Assembly (NCBI GenBank): GCA_049841255.1
Contig: JASGDV010000218.1
Coordinates: 1,209 to 65,208, forward strand
Source of the DNA: Sphingobium sp.
Lineage (GTDB): Bacteria; Pseudomonadota; Alphaproteobacteria; Sphingomonadales; Sphingomonadaceae
Length of the DNA: 64,000 nt
Direction of reading: 5' to 3'
A program made the position numbers and the translations under genes. The notes below the pieces were generated by a model that searched no databases, was not told the origin of the DNA, and saw only the letters and a list, made by a program, of their open reading frames with translations. Positions 45,252 through 54,885 of the stretch are shown here, one piece after another (within the stretch, counting starts at the first letter, position 1; each line of letters begins with the position of its first letter).

Positions 45252-46667
45252 TCAACCGATCCAGTAGGGCACGATCTGCCGGTTGTCGGGGTCGACATGG
45301 ATCGGCCGGTCGGCGGGCGGGAAGGCGCGCTGGTCGCAGCTCTGGCGGGGGCAGAGGCGGCAGGTGATGCCGATGGGCGTCGCCGCGCCCTCATCCTCCA
45401 GCCGCAAGCCGTCGGCGTAGACGAAATTCGCCGCGTGGGCGATTTCGCAGCCCAGCACCACGGCATAACGGCGTGGCGTGCGGGCGTAGCTGCCCGAAGG
45501 CTTCACCAGCCCCTTCGCCATGGAGACATAGCGCACGCCGTCCGGCGTCTCGCCAAGCTGCACGTTGATCCGGTCGGGAATGGCGACCGCCTCATGCACG
45601 TTCCAGAGCGGGCAGGCGCCGCCGAAGCGGGCGAATTGCAGGCGGGTGGCGCTGTGGCGCTTGGTGATGTTGCCCGCCATGTCGACCCGGCAGAAGAAGA
45701 AGGGAATGCCGCGCAGCCCCGGCCTTTGCAGCGTGGAGAGGCGATGGCAGGCCTGCTCGAAACTGACGCCGAAGCGCCGCGCCAGCCGGTCGATGTCGTG
45801 GCGGCTTTCCCGCGCAGCCTCCCGGAACGGCGCATAGGGCATCAGCAGCGCGCCCGCCGCATAATTGCCGAGCCCGATGGCAAGCAGCCGGTCCGCGCCC
45901 GTCACGGACAGCGCGGCTTTCGCCACGATGTCGGCGATCAGCGTCTGCCCCTCCAGCATCATCAGTTGATGCCCCAGCATGAACTTGCGGCTTTCGGTGG
46001 GGAGGGCGGCGTTGATGAACAGCCGTTTGTCGCTGGCGCTGTATGTGCGGAGCGCGGAGTCCGGCCGGTCGGCGATCAGCGTCTCTATGCCGTGCCGCCG
46101 GGCCAGCGCCTCCACCAGCATCCCTTCGTCCAGAACCTGTCCGGCGGTAAAGCTGGCCGCCATGTCCTCCGCCAGACAATCGAGCGGATGGACGTAATTA
46201 CCGGCTTCGTGAAACCAGTCGCGCGCCGCTTCCCAGGGGAGGCGGGCCTGCACGGCATGATCGTTGGCGATCGCCTCCTCGATCATGTTGATGCGTTCGT
46301 TGGCGCGCATATGGGCGTTGTAGAGATCGACATAGCGTGCCGCGAATTCCGGGAATTGCAGGTGCAGCTTTTCGATCCGCTCCGGCTCCAGCGCCGCGCC
46401 GGGCAGTTCGGGATGGGCGAGGGCGAAGGTGAACGCGCCCAGAAGTTGCTCCTCCTCCCGGCTGTCGAAACTGGCCCAATCGGTCGGGAAGGCGCTGGCG
46501 AGCGCGGCCTTCACCTTGGCGGTGAGGGGGCGGTCGTCATTCTCCAACTGGCTGAGATAAGAGACGGAAATCCCCAGCGCCTGCGCCATCGCCGCCTGAT
46601 CCATGCGATGATCGATGCGAAGCTGGCGGAGCCGGGGGCCAGCGAAGATGCGGTTGCCGCGTGCCAT
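45252..46667 (-). CDS. pccR: Short-chain fatty acyl-CoA regulator (ScfR/PccR-type XRE-family regulator)
   Basis: N-terminal XRE HTH (LRIDHRMDQAAMAQALGISVSYLSQLENDDRPLT) followed by a long C-terminal domain. Divergent from pccB. Start at ATG 46667 behind GGAAGG, with ATG 46679 as the alternative. Confidence 0.75.
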   Translation of the reverse strand: MARGNRIFAGPRLRQLRIDHRMDQAAMAQALGISVSYLSQLENDDRPLTAKVKAALASAFPTDWASFDSREEEQLLGAFTFALAHPELPGAALEPERIEKLHLQFPEFAARYVDLYNAHMRANERINMIEEAIANDHAVQARLPWEAARDWFHEAGNYVHPLDCLAEDMAASFTAGQVLDEGMLVEALARRHGIETLIADRPDSALRTYSASDKRLFINAALPTESRKFMLGHQLMMLEGQTLIADIVAKAALSVTGADRLLAIGLGNYAAGALLMPYAPFREAARESRHDIDRLARRFGVSFEQACHRLSTLQRPGLRGIPFFFCRVDMAGNITKRHSATRLQFARFGGACPLWNVHEAVAIPDRINVQLGETPDGVRYVSMAKGLVKPSGSYARTPRRYAVVLGCEIAHAANFVYADGLRLEDEGAATPIGITCRLCPRQSCDQRAFPPADRPIHVDPDNRQIVPYWIG

Positions 46668-46681
46668 GCCCTTCCGCATAA

Positions 46682-46728
46682 TTTGCAAAGTCGTGATTTG
46701 CAAATTGGCAAATTTGCATTTGCGAAAA
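46682..46728. promoter_or_regulatory. Cluster of TTTGCAAA-type palindromes in the pccR/pccB divergent region (candidate PccR operator)
   Basis: TTTGCAAA at 46682 and 46697, TTTGCATT at 46713, and TTTGCGAA at 46719. The region is AT-rich within a GC-rich genome. Confidence 0.5.
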
Positions 46729-46789
46729 GTGCCAAAGGCTGGAAAGGGGCATCCATACCCGTCCGTTCCGACTGGAGAGAATGCTTATC

Positions 46790-48322
46790 ATGTCCAAGCT
46801 CGCCATCATCGAACAGCTTGAAGCGAAGCGCGATGCCGCCCGACTGGGCGGCGGTCAGCGTCGCATCGACGCGCAGCACGCCAAGGGCAAGCTGACCGCG
46901 CGCGAGCGGCTGGAGGTGTTGCTGGACGAAGACAGCTTCGAGGAACTCGACATGTATGTCGAGCATAACTGCATCGACTTCGGCATGGACGAGCAGCATA
47001 TTCCGGGCGACGGCGTGGTCACCGGATCGGGCACGATCAACGGCCGTCTGGTCTATGTCTTCTCGCAGGATTTCACCGTTTACGGCGGTGCGGTGTCCGA
47101 ACGGCATGCGATGAAGATCTGCAAGATCATGGACATGGCGATGAAGGTGGGAGCGCCTGTCATCGGCCTCAACGATTCCGGCGGCGCGCGTATCCAGGAA
47201 GGCGTGGCGAGCCTTGCAGGCTATGCCGAGGTGTTCCAGCGCAACGTGCTGGCATCGGGCGTCATCCCGCAGATCAGCGTCATCATGGGCCCGTGCGCGG
47301 GCGGCGCGGTCTATTCGCCCGCGATGACGGACTTCATCTTCATGGTGAAGGATTCGAGCTTCATGTTCGTGACCGGCCCCGACGTGGTGAAGACCGTCAC
47401 CAACGAAGTCGTGACGCAGGAGGGACTGGGCGGCGCGGTCACCCACACCACCAAGTCGGGCGTGGCGGACGTGGCGTTTGAGAATGACATCGAGGCGCTG
47501 CTGGCGGTGCGCGATTTCGTGGACTTCCTGCCCGCCTCCAACCGCGAGCCTGTGCCGGAGCGCCCCAGCGCCGATCCGTGGGACCGGGTGGACGAAAGCC
47601 TCGACACGCTGGTCCCGGCCAACGCCAACCAGCCCTATGACATGCACGAATTGATCCGCAAGGTCGTGGACGAGGGCGACTTCTTCGAGGTCCAGCCTGC
47701 CCATGCGGGCAATATCCTCTGCGGCTTCGGGCGGATCGAGGGCAAGACGGTGGGCATCATCGCCAATCAGCCGATGGTGCTGGCCGGTGTGCTCGACATC
47801 AATTCGTCGAAGAAGGCGGGGCGTTTCGTGCGCTTCTGCGACGCGTTCGAGATTCCGATCGTGACCTTCGTCGACGTGCCGGGCTTCCTGCCGGGCACCG
47901 CGCAGGAGCATAACGGCATCATCAAGCATGGCGCGAAGCTGCTCTTCGCCTATGCCGAGGCGACCGTGCCGAAGATCACCGTCATCACGCGCAAGGCCTA
48001 TGGCGGCGCTTATGACGTCATGTCCTCCAAGCATCTGCGCGGCGACCTCAACTATGCATGGCCGACCGCCGAGATCGCGGTGATGGGCGCGAAGGGCGCG
48101 GTGGAGATCATCTTCCGCGGCAAGACGCCCGAAGAGATCGCCGAGCGCACCAAGGAATATGAGGACCGCTTCGCCAACCCCTTCGTGGCGGCCAGCAAGG
48201 GCTTCATCGACGAGGTGATCCAGCCCCATTCCACCCGCAAGCGCATCGCGCTGGGCCTGCGCAAGCTGCGCAACAAGGCGCTGGAGAATCCGTGGAAGAA
48301 GCACGATAATATCCCGCTGTGA
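46790..48322 (+). CDS. pccB: Propionyl-CoA carboxylase beta (carboxyltransferase) subunit
   Basis: Full-length acyl-CoA carboxyltransferase collinearity ([32 protein letters not shown]). Confidence 0.9.
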   Translation: MSKLAIIEQLEAKRDAARLGGGQRRIDAQHAKGKLTARERLEVLLDEDSFEELDMYVEHNCIDFGMDEQHIPGDGVVTGSGTINGRLVYVFSQDFTVYGGAVSERHAMKICKIMDMAMKVGAPVIGLNDSGGARIQEGVASLAGYAEVFQRNVLASGVIPQISVIMGPCAGGAVYSPAMTDFIFMVKDSSFMFVTGPDVVKTVTNEVVTQEGLGGAVTHTTKSGVADVAFENDIEALLAVRDFVDFLPASNREPVPERPSADPWDRVDESLDTLVPANANQPYDMHELIRKVVDEGDFFEVQPAHAGNILCGFGRIEGKTVGIIANQPMVLAGVLDINSSKKAGRFVRFCDAFEIPIVTFVDVPGFLPGTAQEHNGIIKHGAKLLFAYAEATVPKITVITRKAYGGAYDVMSSKHLRGDLNYAWPTAEIAVMGAKGAVEIIFRGKTPEEIAERTKEYEDRFANPFVAASKGFIDEVIQPHSTRKRIALGLRKLRNKALENPWKKHDNIPL

Positions 48323-48335
48323 GCGGAGGACGGGC

Positions 48336-48773
48336 ATGAAACTGGGACGATTGAACCATATCGGCATCGCGACGCCTTCGCTGGAGGCCAGCATCGCTTA
48401 TTATCGCGACGTGATGGGCGCGACGAAGATCCACGAGCCTTTCGACATGCCTTCGCAGGGCGTGAAGGTCTGTTTCGTGGACACGCCGGGCGAGGACGGC
48501 ACCAGCGGCACGCAGATCGAACTGATCGAACCGCTGGGCGAGAACAGCCCGATCCATGGCTTCATCGCGAAGAATCCGGCGGGCGGCCAGCATCATATGT
48601 GCTACGAAGTGCCCGACATCCATGAAGCGAAGGCGTGGTTCGAAGGACTGGGCAAGAAGGTGCTGGGCGAACCCCGCATCGGCGCGCATGGGACGTTGAT
48701 CTTCTTCGTCCACCCCAAGGATATGAACGGGGTGCTGACGGAGATCATGGAGACGCCTAAAGAGGCGCATTGA
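48336..48773 (+). CDS. mce: Methylmalonyl-CoA epimerase
   Basis: VOC-fold epimerase pattern (LNHIGIATPS, HHMCYEV, FVHPKD). Confidence 0.85.
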   Translation: MKLGRLNHIGIATPSLEASIAYYRDVMGATKIHEPFDMPSQGVKVCFVDTPGEDGTSGTQIELIEPLGENSPIHGFIAKNPAGGQHHMCYEVPDIHEAKAWFEGLGKKVLGEPRIGAHGTLIFFVHPKDMNGVLTEIMETPKEAH

Positions 48774-48784
48774 CTGTCGAGGCT

Positions 48785-48898
48785 CTCACTCCGTTCGCCC
48801 TGAGCTTTTCGAAGGGCTTCATCGAACGCAGTGAGGGGCCTCCGCTACGCTCAGGCAAGGGCTTCGACTTCGCTCAGCCCGAACGGATTGGAAGTGAG
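48785..48898. repeat. Family-A inverted doublet (REPIN-like) between mce and mcm
   Basis: ctcactccgttcgccctgagcttttcgaagggc ... gcttcgacttcgctcagcccgaacggattggaagtgag. The ends are inverted copies of the unit that flanks the GIY-YIG gene. Confidence 0.8.
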
Positions 48899-48900
48899 TT

Positions 48901-51054
48901 ATGACCGACAAGCCGACGCTGGATCAATGGGCCGCCGCCGCCTCCAAGGAAGTGAAGGGCAAGGACCTTAGCTGGCACACGCCGGAGGGGATCGACGTCA
49001 AGCCGCTCTATACGGCGGAAGATGTGAAGGTCGATCCGGGTCTCCCCGGCTTCGCGCCCTTCACGCGCGGGGTGAAGGCCAGCATGTATGCGGGCCGTCC
49101 CTGGACCATCCGGCAATATGCGGGCTTCTCCACGGCCGAGGAATCCAACGCCTTCTACCGCCGCAACCTGGCCGCAGGGCAGAAGGGGCTTTCGGTCGCC
49201 TTCGACCTCGCCACCCATCGCGGCTATGACAGCGACCATCCGCGCGTCGTCGGCGACGTGGGCAAGGCGGGCGTCGCCATCGACAGCATCGAGGACATGA
49301 AAATCCTGTTCGACGGCATTCCGCTCGACCAGATGTCGGTTTCCATGACCATGAACGGCGCGGTGATCCCGATCCTTTCCTTCTTCATCGTCGCGGGCGA
49401 GGAGCAGGGCGTCGATCGCAGGCTGCTGGACGGAACCATTCAGAACGACATTCTGAAGGAGTTCATGGTCCGCAACACCTATATTTACCCGCCCGAACCG
49501 TCGATGCGGATCATCTCCGATATTTTCGGCTACACGTCGCGTGAGATGCCTAAGTTCAACAGCATCTCCATTTCCGGCTATCATATGCAGGAAGCAGGCG
49601 CGACGCAGGTGCAGGAACTGGCCTTCACCATCGCGGACGGCATGGAATATGTGAAATATGGCGTGGCGTCCGGCCTCGACATCGACAAGTTCGCGGGGCG
49701 TTTGAGCTTCTTCTTCGCCATCGGCATGAATTTCTTCATGGAAGTGGCGAAGCTGCGCGCCGCGCGCGTGTTGTGGCACCGCGCCATGACCAAGCTGGGC
49801 GCGCAGGACGAACGCTCCAAGATGCTGCGCACCCACTGCCAGACCAGCGGCGTGTCGCTGACCGAGCAGGACCCCTATAACAACGTGATGCGGACCACCA
49901 TCGAAGCGATGGCCGCGATGCTGGGCGGCACCCAGTCGCTTCACACCAACGCGCTGGACGAAGCCATCGCGCTGCCGACCGACTTTTCCGCGCGCATCGC
50001 CCGCAACACGCAGATCATCATCCAGGAAGAGACGGGCATGTGCAATGTCGTCGATCCCCTGGGCGGCAGCTATTATGTCGAGGCGCTGACGCAGGAACTG
50101 GTCGACCGGGCGCAGGAGATCATCGACCGCGTCCAGAATGAAGGCGGCATGGCGAAGGCGGTCGCGGCCGGCTGGCCCAAGGCGATGATCGAGGAAGCCG
50201 CCGCCGCCCGTCAGGCCCGCGTGGACCGGGGCGAGGATGTGATCGTCGGCGTCAACAAATATCGCCTCGCGAACGAGGACCTGCTGGAAACGCTGGAGGT
50301 GGACAACACCAAGGTCCGCGAAGCGCAGATCGCCCGCATCAACAAGATGAAGGCGGAGCGCGACGAGGCGAAGTGCCAGGCGGCGCTCGACGCGCTGCGC
50401 AAGGGGGCGGCCAGCCCGGCGAGCATCGAGAACAACCTGCTTGCCCTCGCGGTGGAATGCGCCCGCGCTCGCGCGACGCTGGGCGAGATCAGCTCCGCCA
50501 TGGAGGAGAGCTTCGACCGCTACGGCACCGTGCCGACGCCGGTGAAGGGCGTCTATGCGGCTCCTTACAAGGACGACAGCCGCTGGAAACAGGTTCTTGA
50601 CGGTGTGCAGGCCGTCGAGCGGCGCCTTGGTCGCAAGCCGAAGATCCTCATCGCCAAGATGGGGCAGGACGGCCATGACCGGGGCGCCAACATCATCGCG
50701 TCGGCCTTTGGCGACATGGGTTTCGACGTCGTGTCAGGGCCGTTGTTCCAGACACCGGAGGAGACGGTCGTTCTGGCGCTCGACAATGGCGTGGACGTGG
50801 TGGGCGCGTCGTCGCTCGCGGCGGGGCACAAGACGCTCATCCCCGAACTCATCCGGCAGCTTCGGGAAGCGGGCCGCAACGACATCAAGGTGATCGCGGG
50901 CGGCGTCATCCCGCCGCAGGATTACGACTATCTTCGTGACGCGGGCGTGCAGGGGATTTATGGCCCCGGCTCCAACGTCGTGGAATGCGCGGCCGACGTG
51001 CTGCGCCTCCTCGGCCACAACATGCCCCCCGCCGGGCTGGAGGAAGCGGCTTGA
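48901..51054 (+). CDS. mcm: Methylmalonyl-CoA mutase (single large subunit with B12 domain)
   Basis: Full-length collinearity ([18 protein letters not shown]) and the B12-binding DxHxxG motif ([10 protein letters not shown]). Confidence 0.95.
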   Translation: MTDKPTLDQWAAAASKEVKGKDLSWHTPEGIDVKPLYTAEDVKVDPGLPGFAPFTRGVKASMYAGRPWTIRQYAGFSTAEESNAFYRRNLAAGQKGLSVAFDLATHRGYDSDHPRVVGDVGKAGVAIDSIEDMKILFDGIPLDQMSVSMTMNGAVIPILSFFIVAGEEQGVDRRLLDGTIQNDILKEFMVRNTYIYPPEPSMRIISDIFGYTSREMPKFNSISISGYHMQEAGATQVQELAFTIADGMEYVKYGVASGLDIDKFAGRLSFFFAIGMNFFMEVAKLRAARVLWHRAMTKLGAQDERSKMLRTHCQTSGVSLTEQDPYNNVMRTTIEAMAAMLGGTQSLHTNALDEAIALPTDFSARIARNTQIIIQEETGMCNVVDPLGGSYYVEALTQELVDRAQEIIDRVQNEGGMAKAVAAGWPKAMIEEAAAARQARVDRGEDVIVGVNKYRLANEDLLETLEVDNTKVREAQIARINKMKAERDEAKCQAALDALRKGAASPASIENNLLALAVECARARATLGEISSAMEESFDRYGTVPTPVKGVYAAPYKDDSRWKQVLDGVQAVERRLGRKPKILIAKMGQDGHDRGANIIASAFGDMGFDVVSGPLFQTPEETVVLALDNGVDVVGASSLAAGHKTLIPELIRQLREAGRNDIKVIAGGVIPPQDYDYLRDAGVQGIYGPGSNVVECAADVLRLLGHNMPPAGLEEAA

Positions 51055-51059
51055 GCCAC

Positions 51060-52052
51060 ATGACACCCCGCACCGACTGGACGCGCGAGGAAATCGCCGC
51101 GCTGTTCGACCTGCCCTTCAACGACCTGCTGTTCGAGGCGCAGTCGATCCACCGCGCGAACTTCCCGCGCAATGAGATGCAGCTTTCCACGCTGCTGTCG
51201 ATCAAGACCGGCGGTTGCCCGGAGGATTGCGGCTATTGCAGCCAGTCGACCGAGGCGGAAAGCGGCCTCAAGGCCACCAAGCTGATGGATGTGCAGGCCG
51301 TGCTGCAAGCGGCGGCGCAGGCGAAGGACCATGGCTCCGGCCGTTTCTGCATGGGCGCGGCGTGGCGCAATCCTAAGGATCGCGACATGCCCAAGCTCAT
51401 CGAGATGGTGAAGGGCGTTCGTCAGATGGGCATGGAAACCTGCATGACCTTGGGCATGTTGAACGAGGGGCAGGCGAAACAGCTCGCCGATGCGGGGCTC
51501 GATTACTACAACCATAATATCGACACATCGCCGGAAAATTACGCCAACGTCATCACCACCCGGACCTTCGAGGACCGCATCGAGACGCTGGAGAATGTCC
51601 GCAATGCGGGCATCAACGTGTGCTGCGGCGGGATTGTCGGACTGGGCGAGACGCGGGGCGACCGCATCGGCTTCCTCCATGCGCTCGCCACCATGCCGCA
51701 TCCGGAAAGCGTGCCGATCAACGCGCTGGTGCCGGTCAAGGGCACGGTGCTGGGCGACATGCTGGCCGACACGCCGCTCGCCAAGATCGACGAGATCGAG
51801 TTCGTGCGGACGGTTGCGGTCGCGCGGATCGTCATGCCGCAATCGATGGTGCGCCTTTCGGCGGGCCGCGAGAGCATGAGCGAAGCCTGTCAGGCACTCT
51901 GCTTCATGGCGGGCGCGAACAGCATCTTCACCGGCGACAAGCTGCTGACGGCGGCCAATGCAGGCGACGACAAGGACAGCGCGTTGCTTGGCAAGCTGGG
52001 CCTCACGCCGATGATGGCGCAGCCGCATGGGCATCTGGAGGCGGCTGAATAA
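51060..52052 (+). CDS. bioB: Biotin synthase
   Basis: Radical-SAM motif [11 protein letters not shown] and full-length BioB collinearity. Confidence 0.95.
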   Translation: MTPRTDWTREEIAALFDLPFNDLLFEAQSIHRANFPRNEMQLSTLLSIKTGGCPEDCGYCSQSTEAESGLKATKLMDVQAVLQAAAQAKDHGSGRFCMGAAWRNPKDRDMPKLIEMVKGVRQMGMETCMTLGMLNEGQAKQLADAGLDYYNHNIDTSPENYANVITTRTFEDRIETLENVRNAGINVCCGGIVGLGETRGDRIGFLHALATMPHPESVPINALVPVKGTVLGDMLADTPLAKIDEIEFVRTVAVARIVMPQSMVRLSAGRESMSEACQALCFMAGANSIFTGDKLLTAANAGDDKDSALLGKLGLTPMMAQPHGHLEAAE

Positions 52053-52056
52053 CACA

Positions 52057-52170
52057 ACTCCCGTTTGCCCTGTTCGAACGAGCCGCTTGTCTCGCTCGAA
52101 TATCGAAGGGCTGCACTTCTTCTTCCAGGAGGAAGGACGGGGCTTAAGCTCAGCCCGAACGGGTTGAGGG
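52057..52170. repeat. Family-A inverted doublet (REPIN-like) between bioB and pccA
   Basis: ctcccgtttgccctg...tcgaagggc ... gctcagcccgaacgggttgaggg. cccgtttg pairs with cgaacggg with one mismatch. Confidence 0.7.
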
Positions 52171-52200
52171 TAATGGAATAGGACTAGGGCAAGGATAGAC

Positions 52201-54213
52201 ATGGCAATCACCAAGATCCTGATCGCGAACCGTGGCGAAATCGCGTGCCGCGTGATCCGCACCGCGCGGAAGATGGGCATCAAGACCGTGGCGGTCTATT
52301 CCGACGCAGATGCGCGTTCGCCCCACGTCCTGATGGCGGACGAAGCCGTCCATCTCGGCCCGCCGCCCGCCGCCCAATCCTACCTGCTGGCCGACAAGAT
52401 CATCGAGGCGTGCAAGGCGACCGGAGCGGATGCGGTCCATCCAGGCTATGGCTTCCTTTCGGAGCGCGAGAGCTTCCGCAAAGCGCTGGACGAAGCAGGC
52501 ATCGTCTTCGTCGGTCCGCCCGCCAACGCCATCGCCGCCATGGGCGACAAGATCGAGTCCAAGAAGCTCGCCATGGAAGCGGGCGTCAATGTCGTCCCCG
52601 GCTATGTCGGCGTGATCGAGGACACCGAACATGCGGTGAAAATCTCCAACGAGATCGGTTATCCGGTGATGATGAAGGCGTCCGCGGGCGGCGGCGGCAA
52701 GGGGATGCGCCTTGCCTATAGCGAGCAGGACGTCCGCGAAGGCTTCGAGGCGACCAAGCGCGAGGGCTTGAACAGCTTCGGCGACGACCGCGTCTTCATC
52801 GAGAAGTTCATCGAAAGCCCGCGCCATATCGAAATCCAGATATTGGGCGATCAGCACGGCAATATCGTCTATCTGAACGAGCGCGAATGTTCGATCCAGC
52901 GCCGCCATCAGAAGGTGGTGGAGGAAGCGCCGTCGCCCTTCGTCAGCCCCGAAATGCGCAAGAAGATGGGCGAGCAGTGCGTCGCCCTGGCGCGCGCGGT
53001 CGGCTATTTCAGCGCGGGCACGGTGGAACTGATCGTGTCGGGCACCGACAAGACCGGCGACGGTTTCTACTTCCTTGAAATGAACACCCGTTTGCAGGTC
53101 GAGCATCCGGTGACGGAAGAGATCACCGGCCTCGATCTGGTCGAGCAGATGATCCGCGTCGCCAATGGCGAGAAGCTGGCCTTCACGCAGGCCGACGTGA
53201 AGATCAACGGCTGGTCCATCGAGAACCGCGTCTATGCCGAAGACCCCTATCGCGGCTTCCTGCCCTCGACGGGCCGCTTGATCCGCTATACGCCGCCCGA
53301 AACCGGCACTGACGAAACCGGGGCGCTGGTGCGCGTCGATGACGGCGTGCAGGAAGGCGGCGAGGTCAGCATGTTCTACGACCCGATGATCGCCAAGCTC
53401 ATCACCTGGGCGCCCACGCGTGAGGAAGCGATCGACAAGCAGATCGAGGCGCTCGACAAGTTCGAGATCGAAGGGCCGGGGCATAATATCGACTTCCTGT
53501 CCGCCCTGATGCAGCATGAGCGTTTCCGTTCGGGCGACATCACCACGGGCTTCATCGCGCAGGAATATCCCGAAGGGTTCGAAGGCGCGCCCGCGTCGGA
53601 AGAACTGCTCCGCAAGCTCGCTGCCATCGGTGCGTTCGCCGCCATGGCGCAGGCCGACCGCGCCCGCCGCATCGACGGGCAACTCGGCAGGAAGCTGAAG
53701 GCCCCGACCGGCTGGCAGGTGAAGATCGGAGCCGGAGAAGAGGGGGCGATCCACGATGTCGTCATCAAGGGCGACGACGTGACCGTGGATGGCGAGGCGC
53801 TTGACCTCAGCCTAGAATATACGCCCGGCGACCGCCTGATCGAAGCGGAGTTCGGAGACGAACAACTCGCGGTCAAGATCGCGCCGGTTCGCTCCGGCTT
53901 CGTGCTGACCGCGCATGGAGCCAGCCACAAGCTGCGTGTCCTGCCTGCTCACGCCGCGCCCTACGCCAAGCATATGATCGAAAAGATTCCGCCGGATCTT
54001 TCGCGCTTCCTCATCTGCCCGATGCCCGGCCTGCTGGTCGCGCTGAACGTGCAGGCAGGCGACAAGGTCGAGATCGGCCAGCCGCTCGCGGTGATCGAGG
54101 CGATGAAGATGGAGAATATCCTGCGCGCGCAGAAGGCGGGCGTCGTCAAGAGCGTATCCGCGGCGCAGGGCGAAAGCCTGCCCGTCGACGCGATCATCCT
54201 GGAACTGGAATAA
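52201..54213 (+). CDS. pccA: Propionyl-CoA (acyl-CoA) carboxylase alpha subunit (biotin carboxylase + BCCP)
   Basis: N-terminal biotin carboxylase KILIANRGEIACRVIRT, an ATP-grasp domain, and the C-terminal biotinyl-Lys motif EAMKMEN. Confidence 0.9.
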   Translation: MAITKILIANRGEIACRVIRTARKMGIKTVAVYSDADARSPHVLMADEAVHLGPPPAAQSYLLADKIIEACKATGADAVHPGYGFLSERESFRKALDEAGIVFVGPPANAIAAMGDKIESKKLAMEAGVNVVPGYVGVIEDTEHAVKISNEIGYPVMMKASAGGGGKGMRLAYSEQDVREGFEATKREGLNSFGDDRVFIEKFIESPRHIEIQILGDQHGNIVYLNERECSIQRRHQKVVEEAPSPFVSPEMRKKMGEQCVALARAVGYFSAGTVELIVSGTDKTGDGFYFLEMNTRLQVEHPVTEEITGLDLVEQMIRVANGEKLAFTQADVKINGWSIENRVYAEDPYRGFLPSTGRLIRYTPPETGTDETGALVRVDDGVQEGGEVSMFYDPMIAKLITWAPTREEAIDKQIEALDKFEIEGPGHNIDFLSALMQHERFRSGDITTGFIAQEYPEGFEGAPASEELLRKLAAIGAFAAMAQADRARRIDGQLGRKLKAPTGWQVKIGAGEEGAIHDVVIKGDDVTVDGEALDLSLEYTPGDRLIEAEFGDEQLAVKIAPVRSGFVLTAHGASHKLRVLPAHAAPYAKHMIEKIPPDLSRFLICPMPGLLVALNVQAGDKVEIGQPLAVIEAMKMENILRAQKAGVVKSVSAAQGESLPVDAIILELE

Positions 54214-54220
54214 TAGCTTT

Positions 54221-54253
54221 GCCGGGCGCGAGAGCGTTCCTTTCCCGCCCGGC
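54221..54253 (+). terminator. Possible terminator hairpin after pccA
   Basis: An 8-bp GC stem gccgggcg / cgcccggc with a 17-nt loop. Only a weak T-run follows. Confidence 0.3.
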
Positions 54254-54310
54254 GGCATGTTTCGATTGAGCGGGATTCCGTGTGGGAGGCCGTTTTGATC
54301 TTGCCTTCGG

Positions 54311-54700
54311 ATGATCTATGATTGGGTCATGCATCTTTCCCATGATCCCGCCGCTCAACCCGCTGATAGAATCACATTCGACGATTTCCTGAAAGTGGAT
54401 ATCCGGATCGGCACCATATTGTCGGCCGAACCCTTTCCCGAAGCGCGCAAGCCTGCATATAAGCTGCTCATCGATTTCGGTCCTGCCATCGGATGCAGGA
54501 AATCCAGCGCCCAGATCACGGACAATTACGCCCTGGCGGATTTACAGGGGCGTCAGGTTGCCGCGGTGGTCAATTTCCCTCCGCGCCAGATTGGCCGGTT
54601 CATGTCGGAGGTCCTGACATTGGGATTTGCGGATTCGAATGGAGCGGTAACCCTCTTCGCGCCGGACAAGAAGGTCCCCGATGGTTCGCGGCTTTTCTGA
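54311..54700 (+). CDS. tRNA-binding domain protein (CsaA-like)
   Basis: CsaA/EMAP-type OB-fold pattern (FLKVDIRIGTILSAEPFPEARKPAYKLLIDFG, AAVVNFPPRQIG). Alternative start ATG 54329. Confidence 0.75.
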   Translation: MIYDWVMHLSHDPAAQPADRITFDDFLKVDIRIGTILSAEPFPEARKPAYKLLIDFGPAIGCRKSSAQITDNYALADLQGRQVAAVVNFPPRQIGRFMSEVLTLGFADSNGAVTLFAPDKKVPDGSRLF

Positions 54701-54745
54701 ACTGAGCATTTTCTGTCTCATGTTATCACAAAATTGCAGTTTATG

Positions 54746-54787
54746 CTTGTTTATAACAAGTTGAAATTCAATAATAATAATTGAAAT
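54746..54787. promoter_or_regulatory. Palindrome CTTGTT-TAT-AACAAG plus direct TTGAAAT repeats in the AT-rich leader of the MFS gene (candidate operator/promoter)
   Basis: Palindrome at 54746-54760. TTGAAAT at 54761-54767 and 54781-54787, 20 bp apart. The surrounding 90 nt are about 28% GC by hand count. Confidence 0.3.
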
Positions 54788-54885
54788 CCGGATTTGCTTG
54801 CGGCTCCTTTTCGACGATTCTTCTTGCTGTTCGGTGCTGGACGGTTATCCAATAGCGGAAAGGACAGGAAAATCGGGGGAGGTGT

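Noticed and set aside
34900-53754. Long antisense ORFs 34900-36759(-), 43062-44516(-), 45237-46895(+), 46511-48394(-), 48874-50676(-), 50958-52283(-) and 52150-53754(-).
   Set aside because: They lie opposite topA, gor, pccR, pccB, mcm, bioB and pccA, all of which have unmistakable family signatures.
54768-54780. The aataataataa run as a microsatellite or CRISPR-like feature.
   Set aside because: It is a single short trinucleotide run inside an AT-rich leader, with no repeat-spacer periodicity. I saw no CRISPR array anywhere in the window.
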